Assembly (NCBI GenBank): GCA_038882655.1
Contig: JAVZNT010000002.1
Span: 98,790 to 162,789, forward strand
Length of the DNA: 64,000 nucleotides
Direction: 5' to 3'
Source: Candidatus Bathyarchaeia archaeon
Lineage (GTDB): Archaea; Thermoproteota; Bathyarchaeia; Bathyarchaeales; Bathycorpusculaceae
Shown: piece by piece, positions 29,845 through 39,297 of the stretch
Layout: every line of letters starts with the position of its first letter
How positions within the stretch are numbered: position 1 is the first letter of the stretch
Notes under the pieces: generated by a model
What the model saw: only the letters and a program-made list of their open reading frames with translations
Database searches by the model: none
Told to the model about the DNA's origin: nothing
Position numbers and translations under genes: made by a program

Positions 29845-31350
29845 ATGGGAGAAAACCTAAAAATAGCGTGCGGAGTCTTCGGCGCAATAAACTTTGAACG
29901 GCAACCCATATTTCCATACGTATATTGGGGTTTGAGGGCACAAAATCATAGGGGACACCAGTCCCACGGTTTTCTCACATGTGCTGATGGAAAATTCTAC
30001 GTTCACAGAAGCTTAGACCTTGTACCGAAAATAAAGGCAAGCGCCATACAAGAATGGTTTGGACGCCTTCCGGGACATATTGGGATAGGCAATGTTAGAT
30101 ATACAACTTCTGGGAAGACGGATGAGAAGTCTTTGATGAAGGGTACCCAGCCCGTAACCGCTTCTAAAAATGGTTTTAGGGTGGCTATCTCCTTTAACGG
30201 TAATGTTGTCAACACTTTTCAGCTTAAAAAGGAAATATCCAGAGAATTTCCAAACTTTTCTTATGAATGTGATGCTGACCTCATCTGCCACAAACTCCTA
30301 ATGGAACTAGTCAATAGCAAAGACCTTGCCGTCGTTGTGAAAACGTGTATGCAGGAAATTGAGGGCGCCTTTTCAGTTGCTGGAATAACCGGAGAGGGCG
30401 AATTTTTTGCTTTCAAAGACCCTCATGGGATAAGACCCCTCTGCGCTGGTCATGGCGATGACGGAAAAACATACGCCTTTTCTTCTGAAACTGTTGGTTT
30501 AGACATAAACGGTTTATGCCGAGACTTTGAGGTCGAGCCCGGTGAGTTCATAATCGTCTCAGGGGACGGGTTTAAACGTGAAAAGCTCATGAGCTCTGAG
30601 CGGAAAGCCTTCTGCGCCTTTGAGTTTGCCTATTTTGCCAGACCGGACTCCATTTTTGACAATAGGTATGTTTATGAGATTCGCGAGGAGTTTGGAAGGA
30701 ACCTCGTGAGGGAGAACCTGGACATTGTTAGGGATGCGGATATAGTTATTTCTATGCCGGAAACTGGCGATGATGCGGCGCTGGGGGTTCATGAAGAGTC
30801 TGGTCTAAGGTGGGAAAGGGCGACCAGAAGACATCGTTACGTAACTGAACGCGCCTTCATATTGCTTAACAAAGAGCGTTACGCCACCATAGACAAGAAA
30901 ATTAATGTTTTAGCCTCAAAGATGGATGGAAAAAGGGTCATAGTGGTGGATGACAGCATAGTCCGAGGCGACACAACACGTATCACCGTGGAGAAGCTCC
31001 GCAGAATGGGTGCTAAGAAGGTCTATTTGTTTGTGACTTTCCCACGCATAATTGGTCCATGCTTTTATGGGATAGACATGGCAACCTATGGGCAGCTTAT
31101 AGGCGCAAAGCACACGCCCGAAGAAATAGCAAAAATTATAGGAGCGGATGCTGTGTGCTATCAGTCAATAGATGGGCTTGTGAGAGCCACTGGTTTTAGA
31201 AAGGACGAATTGTGCCTAGGCTGTTTGACTGGCGAGTATCCAACGCCTCTGGCTCGGAAGGTTGCAGACGAGATGAAGAAGAGGTTTTTGGAAGGGGTTG
31301 AGGAAACAGGAAGGCTTTATGAGATTCCAGAGCTTGTCGGCGAAAATTAG
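29845..31350 (+). CDS. purF: Amidophosphoribosyltransferase
   Basis: Propeptide then CGVFG, VRYTTSG, CAFEFAYFARPDS, VVDDSIVRGDT, PCFYGID, CLGC. Confidence 0.95.
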   Translation: MGENLKIACGVFGAINFERQPIFPYVYWGLRAQNHRGHQSHGFLTCADGKFYVHRSLDLVPKIKASAIQEWFGRLPGHIGIGNVRYTTSGKTDEKSLMKGTQPVTASKNGFRVAISFNGNVVNTFQLKKEISREFPNFSYECDADLICHKLLMELVNSKDLAVVVKTCMQEIEGAFSVAGITGEGEFFAFKDPHGIRPLCAGHGDDGKTYAFSSETVGLDINGLCRDFEVEPGEFIIVSGDGFKREKLMSSERKAFCAFEFAYFARPDSIFDNRYVYEIREEFGRNLVRENLDIVRDADIVISMPETGDDAALGVHEESGLRWERATRRHRYVTERAFILLNKERYATIDKKINVLASKMDGKRVIVVDDSIVRGDTTRITVEKLRRMGAKKVYLFVTFPRIIGPCFYGIDMATYGQLIGAKHTPEEIAKIIGADAVCYQSIDGLVRATGFRKDELCLGCLTGEYPTPLARKVADEMKKRFLEGVEETGRLYEIPELVGEN

Positions 31351-31412
31351 TGGCAAAATAGATTAGCGTCCTCTGGTATTTAGCGTTTTAGCATTCAGGA
31401 GGGTGGCACATC

Positions 31413-32825
31413 TTGGTCGAAAAGATCGGCGTGCTTGTTGTTTCTTACGGCGCCCGTGAGGTGGCGATGGTTGACGCTTTCCTGCGGAGCACAAACTATA
31501 AAGTTGAGGTTTATGTTGCCGATAAGCAGCGGAACCCCTTTAACGTGAAAAATGCCAAGGCGCATGTTGTTATTCCAGACTTGAATGTGGAGGCTATATG
31601 CAAATTCGCTGAAAACCACAAAGAAAGCATAGACTTTGGCATTGTCGGTCCTGAAAAGCCCATAATTGACGGCGCCCGCGACCTTGTTGAGAAGCGCACT
31701 GGCATACCAATGATTTGCCCAACAAAAGATTACGCCATTGAAGCCAGCAAAGTCCAACAACGCCTACTCTTCCAAGAGACTGTTCCAGAAGTGAATCCTC
31801 GCTTCAGAATTTTCCGCCCAGAAGACTACAAAGGAGCAGAAGATGCCCGTAAAGAGCTTTACAGATGGCTTGACGAACTTGGAAACATGGCTGTTGTTAA
31901 GCCAGACAAGCCAGCTGCTGGAAAAGGCGTGGGCGTATGGGGAGACCACTTCACCACCCGTGAACAACTTTTCGAGCATTTTTGTGAAAACTTGCGGCAC
32001 GGCGCTGTCATTGTTGAAGAGAAAATTGAAGGAGAAGAGTCAAGCTTCCAAGCTTTTTGCGACGGAAAACATTTGGTGCCTCTTCCAGAAACGAGGGATT
32101 ATAAACGTGCCTTTGACGATGATAAGGGTCCAAACACTGGCGGTATGGGTTCCTACAAGGGTGTTGGCGAAATACTGCCCTTTATGACAGCGGCGGACAG
32201 GGAAAAAGAGCTGGAAGTTGTGAGGAGGATTTTTGATAAGTGGCGGGCTTCGGACAACAGCGCCTTGAGGGGAATTCCATTCTATGTGGCTTTCATGCAC
32301 ACCGGCAAAGAACCGAAAATTCTTGAGAACAACAGCCGCCCAGGCGACCCAGAAATAATTAACATTCTGCCAATTTTGAAGGACGATTTTGTTGATGTGT
32401 GCTTTAAGATTCTCGACTGGAACCTAACCCGCATAGAAGTTGAAAAGGCGGCGACTGTGGTGACTTACAAGGTGCCGCCGAGTTATGGTGGTTATGTCGA
32501 AACATTTCCAGAACGCGTGAACAAGACAGAAGTGAACAAGCCAGTGGATCTAACAAAAGCCTATGAGCTGGGCAAGAAGTACGGTGACAGAATCCGTGTT
32601 TATCCAGCTTCTATGGAGCTTCGCGACGGCGAAACTTACGCCTTAAAGTCAAGGGCTGTTTGTGTGGTTGGCGTTGGCGAAAATATCGAGGATGCCAGAA
32701 ATGTCTCCTTAGAGGGCATTAAAGCCATAAAAGACGGAGCCTTATGGCATAGAAACGACATAGCCTCGAAGCAGCATATAGAAAAGAGCATACGCCACAT
32801 GGAGGCGCTCCGAAAACGCAGATGA
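31413..32825 (+). CDS. purD: Phosphoribosylamine--glycine ligase (divergent)
   Basis: VGPE, AGKGV, DYKRAFDDDKGPNTGGMGS, NSRPGDPE, SRAVCVVG. Confidence 0.92.
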   Translation: MVEKIGVLVVSYGAREVAMVDAFLRSTNYKVEVYVADKQRNPFNVKNAKAHVVIPDLNVEAICKFAENHKESIDFGIVGPEKPIIDGARDLVEKRTGIPMICPTKDYAIEASKVQQRLLFQETVPEVNPRFRIFRPEDYKGAEDARKELYRWLDELGNMAVVKPDKPAAGKGVGVWGDHFTTREQLFEHFCENLRHGAVIVEEKIEGEESSFQAFCDGKHLVPLPETRDYKRAFDDDKGPNTGGMGSYKGVGEILPFMTAADREKELEVVRRIFDKWRASDNSALRGIPFYVAFMHTGKEPKILENNSRPGDPEIINILPILKDDFVDVCFKILDWNLTRIEVEKAATVVTYKVPPSYGGYVETFPERVNKTEVNKPVDLTKAYELGKKYGDRIRVYPASMELRDGETYALKSRAVCVVGVGENIEDARNVSLEGIKAIKDGALWHRNDIASKQHIEKSIRHMEALRKRR

Positions 32826-33904
32826 GAAAAGTCTTCATTTCAGACTGTGAAGGACCAATTTCAAAAAATGACAATGCCTTCGAGTTGACAGCCCACTATG
32901 TGCCCAACGGAGCGCACATTTTCACTGTCATAAGCCGATACGATGATGTGCTTGCTGATGTCGTAAAAAAGCCTGGCTACAAGGCTGGTGATACGCTGAA
33001 GCTTATACTGCCCTTTCTTAGGGCTTATGGCGTTACAGACCGCAAAATGCAGAGTTTTTCGGCTGAAACGCTTCTGCTAATCTCAAATGTTAAGGAGAGT
33101 TTGGCTTTTATCAGAAAGGTTGCTAACGCTTTTATTGTCAGCACAAGCTACGAGCATTACATTAGGGCGCTGTGCCAAGCCATAGACTTCCCTTCCGAGA
33201 ACGTTTACTGCACAAAAGTGAAAATGGACGATTATCCGCTTAGCCAAAAAGAGCAGTATAGACTCTGGGAACTAGCAACAGAAATCGCAAAAATGCCGGT
33301 AATCGAAATTCCGAAAGGCGCAAGTTCCATTAAAGAGTTTTCGAGACCGCATCAGCAAGTCATAAGGCGGCTTGATGAAATCTTCTGGGAAGAAATCGCA
33401 AAAATGGAAATCGGGAAAATCTTCGAAGAGGTTAACCCCGTTGGCGGACGTGAAAAAGCTGAAGCGGTTATGCAGATAGCCAAAAAGCTAGGCATAAGCC
33501 TTTCAGAAGTGGTTTATGTTGGCGACAGCATAACAGACGTTGAAGCCTGCAAAACAGTCCGCAGCGGAGACGGCTTAACAATATCCTTTAATGGCAACGA
33601 ATACGCCATAAGAGAGGCTGAAATCGCCGTAATGTCTGAAAAAGCGCTTATAACAGCACTGCTAACAGTTGTCTTCTGTAAATATGGCAAAGAGAACGTA
33701 ATCGAGCTTGTAAACAACTGGAGCTTTGAAAGGATTAAAGAGCTTGATGTAGACGCGGAACTGAAAAACAAGTTTTTTGAGGCTTACGGCGAGAAGCTCA
33801 CACGCGTAGAAGTTGTCACGGCAGCAAACATGGAGAGGCTGGCGAAGGAAAGCACGGCTTTCCGCAAAACCGTGAGGAGTGAAACCATAGGGCGTCTAGG
33901 CTAG
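32822..33904 (+). CDS. HAD-superfamily hydrolase (EhaR-like)
   Basis: FISDCEGPISKNDNA (motif I), VSTSYE, GGREKA, YVGDSITD, FNGNEYA; ATGA overlap with purD. Confidence 0.82.
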   Translation: MRKVFISDCEGPISKNDNAFELTAHYVPNGAHIFTVISRYDDVLADVVKKPGYKAGDTLKLILPFLRAYGVTDRKMQSFSAETLLLISNVKESLAFIRKVANAFIVSTSYEHYIRALCQAIDFPSENVYCTKVKMDDYPLSQKEQYRLWELATEIAKMPVIEIPKGASSIKEFSRPHQQVIRRLDEIFWEEIAKMEIGKIFEEVNPVGGREKAEAVMQIAKKLGISLSEVVYVGDSITDVEACKTVRSGDGLTISFNGNEYAIREAEIAVMSEKALITALLTVVFCKYGKENVIELVNNWSFERIKELDVDAELKNKFFEAYGEKLTRVEVVTAANMERLAKESTAFRKTVRSETIGRLG

Positions 33905-33978
33905 GCTTGTCAAAGTTTTAATAGTCTAAAGCACCAACCTAAAATAATCCCAAACTTGAAGATGGAACGGGAAGTGCG

Positions 33979-34893
33979 TTGACTAAAAAAGAACTTGTTG
34001 AGGACACTTACGCGGAAGCCTTTGAGGGTATTTACTGTCGAGTGACCGTTACGGCTGATGATGAGGAAACACTGCGAAAGGCGGCACTGTACGCAACCGC
34101 CACACCATCCATAGTTATAGGCAGGGTTGAAGGCGGGATAGAAAGGTGGCTAAGCGAGAAGGAAACCCCAGACGGGCGTAAAGGTGTAATCCTCCAGTTC
34201 TGGGGCGGAATAGACCCCAAAAAACCCTTCTCAGAATCCCTCAAAAAGTTTGAAATTGAGCTCTCCTATCGCATAAGGCAGGATATTCTTGTAAAGCCCT
34301 TCACAGCGGTTTATGACGCTTTGCAGAATCCGTTGGGCAAAATTGACATGATGGAACGCGTCGGCCACTGTGGGGATGGCTACGAGTGGGAGGAAAAACG
34401 TCACAACCGCAATATCATAGTTGTGCCGATAATGGTTCCAGACTTTATAATAGAGCGGTTTTTGGGATATGCTCGCGGCGGCGTCATGGGCGCTAATTTC
34501 TGGATAATGTGCAAAACAAAAGAAGCCGTTATGGAAGCTGGAGAAAAGGCGCTTCAAGCCATCCACAAGGTGGAAGGTGTAGTTACGCCCTTTGACATTT
34601 GCTCTGCTGGTTCAAAGCCGGAAACTCGTTATCCATGGATAGGACCAACTACAAACCACCCTTACTGTCCATCATTAAAGAAAAGGCTTGGCAAAGAGTC
34701 AAAAGTTCCAGAAGGCGTAAACTACATCCCAGAAATCGTAATTAACGGAGTTTCACTTGAGGCGGTCAAAAAGGCCATGAAAGCCGGAATAGAAGCCGCC
34801 CTAACGGTGAAAGGAGTGGTGAAAATTTCAGCTGGAAATTATGGCGGGAAACTTGGCGATTACAAAATTTATCTGCGTGAGTTGTTCAAATGA
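33979..34893 (+). CDS. Formylmethanofuran--H4MPT formyltransferase-like protein (Ftr paralog)
   Basis: [42 protein letters not shown]; paralog-type [12 protein letters not shown] and GHCGDGYE. Confidence 0.9.
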   Translation: MTKKELVEDTYAEAFEGIYCRVTVTADDEETLRKAALYATATPSIVIGRVEGGIERWLSEKETPDGRKGVILQFWGGIDPKKPFSESLKKFEIELSYRIRQDILVKPFTAVYDALQNPLGKIDMMERVGHCGDGYEWEEKRHNRNIIVVPIMVPDFIIERFLGYARGGVMGANFWIMCKTKEAVMEAGEKALQAIHKVEGVVTPFDICSAGSKPETRYPWIGPTTNHPYCPSLKKRLGKESKVPEGVNYIPEIVINGVSLEAVKKAMKAGIEAALTVKGVVKISAGNYGGKLGDYKIYLRELFK

Positions 34894-35804
34894 AGCGTTT
34901 TGACGTTATAGGTTTTGGCGCCCTAAACGTGGACAAACTTTATAAGGTTAATAAGATTGCAGGACCAGAAGAGGAAGGCTTCATAAAAGGCTTCGAAGAA
35001 GCTTGTGGAGGCTCAGCTGCCAACACCATTATGGGCTTGGCTAGGCTTGGCTGCAAAGTTGGCTTTATTGGGAAGGTTGCCAACGACCGAGAAGGCAAAA
35101 TGCTCCTAGAAGACTTCCGTAAAGAAGGCGTAAACACTAGGGGCGTCATAAGGGCGAAGGAGGGACGCAGCGGAACAGTCATGGGTTTTGTAGATGAAAA
35201 GGGAGAGAGAGCCCTATATGTGGACCCTGGAGTAAACGACACAATAAGCTTTGAAGAAATAAACGTGAAGTATGCTTGCCAAGCAAAATTCCTTCATTTA
35301 ACCTCTTTTGTTGGCGAGAAGTCCTTCGAAGCCCAGAAAAGGCTTGTGGAAAATCTGCCAGAAGATGTTAAAGTGAGCATGGACCCGGGCGAGCTCTATG
35401 CAAGAAGGGGCGTGAAAATGCTGACCCCAATTTTGAAGAAAACTTTTGTTTTTATGCCAAATTCGCTAGAGCTGGCACTTTTAACAGGCGCGGAGGACTA
35501 TGTTAAGGGTGCTGAAAAACTATTGGAGCTTGGAGTGAAAATTGTTGCAGTTAAACTCGCTGGCAAAGGATGCTATGTCACAGATGGGAGGGAAAGTCAC
35601 CATGTGGAAGCCTTCAAAGTAAAGATTGTCGACACAACGGGTGCTGGGGACGCCTTCTGCGCTGGCTTCCTTTATGGCTTGTTAAACAATAAAAGCCTAA
35701 AAGAATGTGCTAAATTGGGCAACTTTGTTGCTTCGCGTTGCATAATGAGGATGGGTGCCCGCGCTGGGCTCCCACGCCTAGAAGACTTAAAACCGCTTCT
35801 CTAG
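34890..35804 (+). CDS. PfkB/ribokinase family kinase
   Basis: [19 protein letters not shown]; ATGA overlap with the Ftr paralog. Confidence 0.93.
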   Translation: MKRFDVIGFGALNVDKLYKVNKIAGPEEEGFIKGFEEACGGSAANTIMGLARLGCKVGFIGKVANDREGKMLLEDFRKEGVNTRGVIRAKEGRSGTVMGFVDEKGERALYVDPGVNDTISFEEINVKYACQAKFLHLTSFVGEKSFEAQKRLVENLPEDVKVSMDPGELYARRGVKMLTPILKKTFVFMPNSLELALLTGAEDYVKGAEKLLELGVKIVAVKLAGKGCYVTDGRESHHVEAFKVKIVDTTGAGDAFCAGFLYGLLNNKSLKECAKLGNFVASRCIMRMGARAGLPRLEDLKPLL

Positions 35805-36617
35805 GTAGTCGATTAGGCTTTCGAAGATCAGTTTTCCATCCCCGTACTGTGGCATAAGCTTCTGTCTTGTCCAGTCGGGTTGCTGCCACCAATAGAAGGC
35901 TCTTTCCGGATGGGGCATCAAACCGAAAACCGTGCCTTCTGGGTTGCATATGCCTACAATGTCGTGGAATGATCCATTTGGATTTATCGGGTAACGCCCT
36001 TCCGCATATTCGCCATCTTTTGTGCAGTATCTGAAGACCAACTGGTCGTTATTGTAAAGCCTCTCTAAATACTGCTTCTCCTTTTCCTTAGCGAACAAGA
36101 ATCTGCCCTCAGCGTGGGCGACTGGCATACGTAAAACCTTGCCTTTTGGAATTTTCCTTGTGAATACACATTTGCCCTTATTTTCGTGCTTTATGTAAAC
36201 CCATCGGCAATTGTAGCCCGGAGGGTGATTTGTGGCAAGTGCCGCCTCTGGATAGGGGCTTATGCCATCAAATGCCGGGAGCAAGCCAGCCTCAACCAGC
36301 ACTTGAAAACCGTTGCAAATGCCGAGGATTGGGCGTCCCTCTTCCACAAAAGTCTTTAACTCTTTTTCCATTTTGGCGAGCATCCACTTCGCCCAAATTG
36401 CGCCGGCGCGCACATAATCTCCGTATGAGAACCCTCCGGGAAAAACTAAGGCGTTGTAGTCTAGAAGGTTTCGCTGTTTAACTACATCATTCACGTGGAG
36501 AATTTGGGCTTGGACGCCTAAATCTTCAAGGGCTGTTTTTGTTTCCGCGTCGCAGTTGGTACCGCCCACACGCAGAATGCAAACTTTAATCTCTTCACGT
36601 TTCATTTTAGGCTTCAC
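35787..36617 (-). CDS. purQ: FGAM synthase glutaminase subunit
   Basis: GTNCD, PGGFSYGD, GICNGFQ, AHAEG, GLMPHPER. Confidence 0.97.
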   Translation of the reverse strand: MKPKMKREEIKVCILRVGGTNCDAETKTALEDLGVQAQILHVNDVVKQRNLLDYNALVFPGGFSYGDYVRAGAIWAKWMLAKMEKELKTFVEEGRPILGICNGFQVLVEAGLLPAFDGISPYPEAALATNHPPGYNCRWVYIKHENKGKCVFTRKIPKGKVLRMPVAHAEGRFLFAKEKEKQYLERLYNNDQLVFRYCTKDGEYAEGRYPINPNGSFHDIVGICNPEGTVFGLMPHPERAFYWWQQPDWTRQKLMPQYGDGKLIFESLIDYLEKRF

Positions 36618-38994
36618 CGCCGCTAAAGGTGCGCTTCCACCAAGCCAACAACTCGCTTAGAGGCGCATCTACCACAACATCCCCTTCCAAGCCGTAAACA
36701 CGCAACCTTGGCGTAGCCATCACCTTTCCAATTTTGGCGAAGGCGCATCCACGCAGGATAGCCTCAAAATCCCTTTCATATTCTTCTGGAACTTCAACGA
36801 GGAAACGACTGTTAGACTCGGCAAAGAGGACGAAGTCGTTTCTGTCTAGACCCTCATTTGGGACAAGCCGCAAATCCAGTTCCATGCCATAGCCACCGGA
36901 AAAAGCCATCTCCGCCGCCGCAACAGCCAAACCACCTTCAGACAAGTCATGGCAAGCGTTAACTAAGCCATGGTCAATAGCCATAACCATTGCTCTAAAA
37001 GTCTTTCTGGCTTGGCTGGCGTGCACCTTCGGCACTGTTTTTCCGATAAACCCCATCAGCCTATAATATTCTGAACCGCCAAGCTCATGGCAGGTTTTGC
37101 CAACAATGTAGATGGAGCTGCAGGGCTCCTTAACGTCCAACGAGACTGCCACGCGAATGTCTGGAATTATTCCAACAGCCGTTATCAAAAGCGTCGGCGT
37201 CACTGGTCCAAGGGGCGACTCGTTGTATAGGCTGTCCTTCCCAGAAATGAAAGGTGTTCCAAAGGCTTTAGCGAAATCGTAGCAAGCCTCGCAAGCCCTT
37301 ACTAGGCTTCCAAGCCTATCGGGTTTTTCCGGGTTTCCCCAAGTGAAATTGTCTAGGAGGGCTATTCTTCTGCCGCCCACAGCCACATTGTTTCTTATGG
37401 CTTCGTCTATGGCTGAAGCCGCCATCCAGTAGGGGTCTACTTTCCCATACTGGGGGTTTATGCCACAAGAAATCACCAAACCCCTCCAAGAATCTTTTAA
37501 AGGCTTGAGAACAGCCGCATCGTTTGGACCGCCAAACTCCCCATGCAAGGGTTTTAGGACGGTATTTCCCTTAACCTCATGGTCATAGGTTCTGATAACA
37601 TTCTCTTTGCTTGCAATGTTCGGCGAAGAAAGCAGCCTCAAAACAGTGCTGGTCAAATCTTTTGGCTCCGGAAAAACTGGTTCCGTAAAAGCCGGCGGCT
37701 TGTACTCGGCGGTTCTGACGGTTCTGGGCGGTTTAAAAAGAAATGGGATGTCCAGCTCAGCCACCTTTACTCCGTCATAATAAATGCGCAAAATCTTGTC
37801 ATCAGTGTATCGCCCAATGGTGGTGGCTTCAACATCCTCGCCCTCAAAAATCTCCAAGACCCGTGCCAAGTTTTCCGGCGGAACAGCCAAGAGCATCCTC
37901 TCTTGAGATTCGGAAATGTAAATCTCCCAAGGAGCCAAACCAGAATATTTCAGTGGCACTTTGTCAAGCTCTACGACAGCGCCGCATCCAAAACGTTTGG
38001 CTGTTTCGCCAACAGCAGAGGATAAGCCGCCTCCACCTAAGTCTGTTATGGCTGAAGCCAATTCAAGGTCTCTGATGGCAATTATCGCCCTCTTAAGCTT
38101 CTCCTCCTCAATGGGATTGGCAATTTGAACGGCTGGTCTAGAAACCTCCTCAGACTTCTCCGTTAACTCCGCAGAAGCAAAAGTAACCCCGTGGATGCCG
38201 TCCCTTCCAGTTTTGCCTCCAGCCAAAACAATGAAGTCGCTTGGCTTGGCATTTCTCTTAAACTTTTTCAGTGGCAGAACCCCAACACATCCACAATAAA
38301 CAACCACGTTGCCTACATAGCTCTCATCAAAGCATATGGCACCGTTAACCGTCGGAATCCCCATATTGTTACCATAGCTTCCAATGCCGGCGACAACACC
38401 CATATACAGGTATTTTGGATGCTTAATCCCGGGCGGAAGCCTCTCATAAGGATAATCCAATGGGCCAAAGCCCAAAACGTCCGTACACGCAATAGGGCCA
38501 GCCCAAACCCCCAAAATATCACGTATGACGCCGCCAACGCCGGTGGCTGCCCCACCAAAAGGTTCAATAGCCGAAGGATGGTTATGGGTTTCCACCTTTA
38601 CAGCTATGCCGTAACTTTTCTCAAAGTGAATTATGCCAGCATTATCCTCAAAAACCGAAAAACACCAACGGGGATTAAGCTCCCTCGTCACCCCAGCAAT
38701 ATAAGTTTTGAAAAGACTATCAATTTCCTTTCCGTCAAACTTTACTACACTTTTGAAGGTTTTGTGAAAGCAATGCTCAGACCAAGTCTGCCCAAGAGTT
38801 TGGAGCTCAACATCCGTAGGATTTTTACCCTTCCCTCTAAAGTATTTCTGAACAACTTGCATCTCATCCAAGCTTAAACCCAAACCAAGCTCACGGCTAA
38901 CGTCCAACAGCTGCTGGTCAGAAGCTTGTGCCAACGCTATTTCAAAGAGCGGGAAAGACGTATCTCTGCGAATGTAGAGGTTGCCGCCGTTCAT
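36607..38994 (-). CDS. purL: FGAM synthase synthetase subunit
   Basis: WSEHCFHK, VETHNHPS, GRDGIHG, SESQERM, SGKDSLYN, HDLSEGGL. Confidence 0.97.
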   Translation of the reverse strand: MNGGNLYIRRDTSFPLFEIALAQASDQQLLDVSRELGLGLSLDEMQVVQKYFRGKGKNPTDVELQTLGQTWSEHCFHKTFKSVVKFDGKEIDSLFKTYIAGVTRELNPRWCFSVFEDNAGIIHFEKSYGIAVKVETHNHPSAIEPFGGAATGVGGVIRDILGVWAGPIACTDVLGFGPLDYPYERLPPGIKHPKYLYMGVVAGIGSYGNNMGIPTVNGAICFDESYVGNVVVYCGCVGVLPLKKFKRNAKPSDFIVLAGGKTGRDGIHGVTFASAELTEKSEEVSRPAVQIANPIEEEKLKRAIIAIRDLELASAITDLGGGGLSSAVGETAKRFGCGAVVELDKVPLKYSGLAPWEIYISESQERMLLAVPPENLARVLEIFEGEDVEATTIGRYTDDKILRIYYDGVKVAELDIPFLFKPPRTVRTAEYKPPAFTEPVFPEPKDLTSTVLRLLSSPNIASKENVIRTYDHEVKGNTVLKPLHGEFGGPNDAAVLKPLKDSWRGLVISCGINPQYGKVDPYWMAASAIDEAIRNNVAVGGRRIALLDNFTWGNPEKPDRLGSLVRACEACYDFAKAFGTPFISGKDSLYNESPLGPVTPTLLITAVGIIPDIRVAVSLDVKEPCSSIYIVGKTCHELGGSEYYRLMGFIGKTVPKVHASQARKTFRAMVMAIDHGLVNACHDLSEGGLAVAAAEMAFSGGYGMELDLRLVPNEGLDRNDFVLFAESNSRFLVEVPEEYERDFEAILRGCAFAKIGKVMATPRLRVYGLEGDVVVDAPLSELLAWWKRTFSGGEA

Positions 38995-39242
38995 TTCTCC
39001 TCCTCAGCCAGTATAGCATAATTGTCCTTTGTTGGATTAGCCAAAAGCCTCTTGCACATCTCCTCAGCCTTCGCCAAAGCCTCATCCCTAGAACCAGCCA
39101 AAACAACAACACTGTAAACCTTGCTGACGCTCACTCTCTCAACCTTATAACCAAGCTGCCTAAGCAAACGGGCGGTAGTTTCGCCCTCAGGGTCGCTGTG
39201 CCCCGGCTTTAAGCCAACCTCAATTCTAAGATGGTACTTCAT
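38991..39242 (-). CDS. purS: FGAM synthase subunit PurS
   Basis: LKPGHSDPEG...MCKRLLANP. Confidence 0.95.
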   Translation of the reverse strand: MKYHLRIEVGLKPGHSDPEGETTARLLRQLGYKVERVSVSKVYSVVVLAGSRDEALAKAEEMCKRLLANPTKDNYAILAEEEK

Positions 39243-39297
39243 AGGCTAAATTAGACCCGCAGCCGATTTAAACGCTTTCACCACAGAAAAGGCAAAC

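Noticed and set aside
32822-33904. Annotation as an energy-converting hydrogenase subunit
   Set aside because: Sequence has HAD motifs and no hydrogenase genes are nearby
33979-34893. Reading the Ftr homolog as evidence of methanogenesis or a Wood-Ljungdahl gene cluster
   Set aside because: No fwd, mch, mtd, mer or mcr genes in the window, and the motifs are paralog-type
38191-38877. 228-aa plus-strand ORF
   Set aside because: Lies entirely antisense within purL; no recognisable motif
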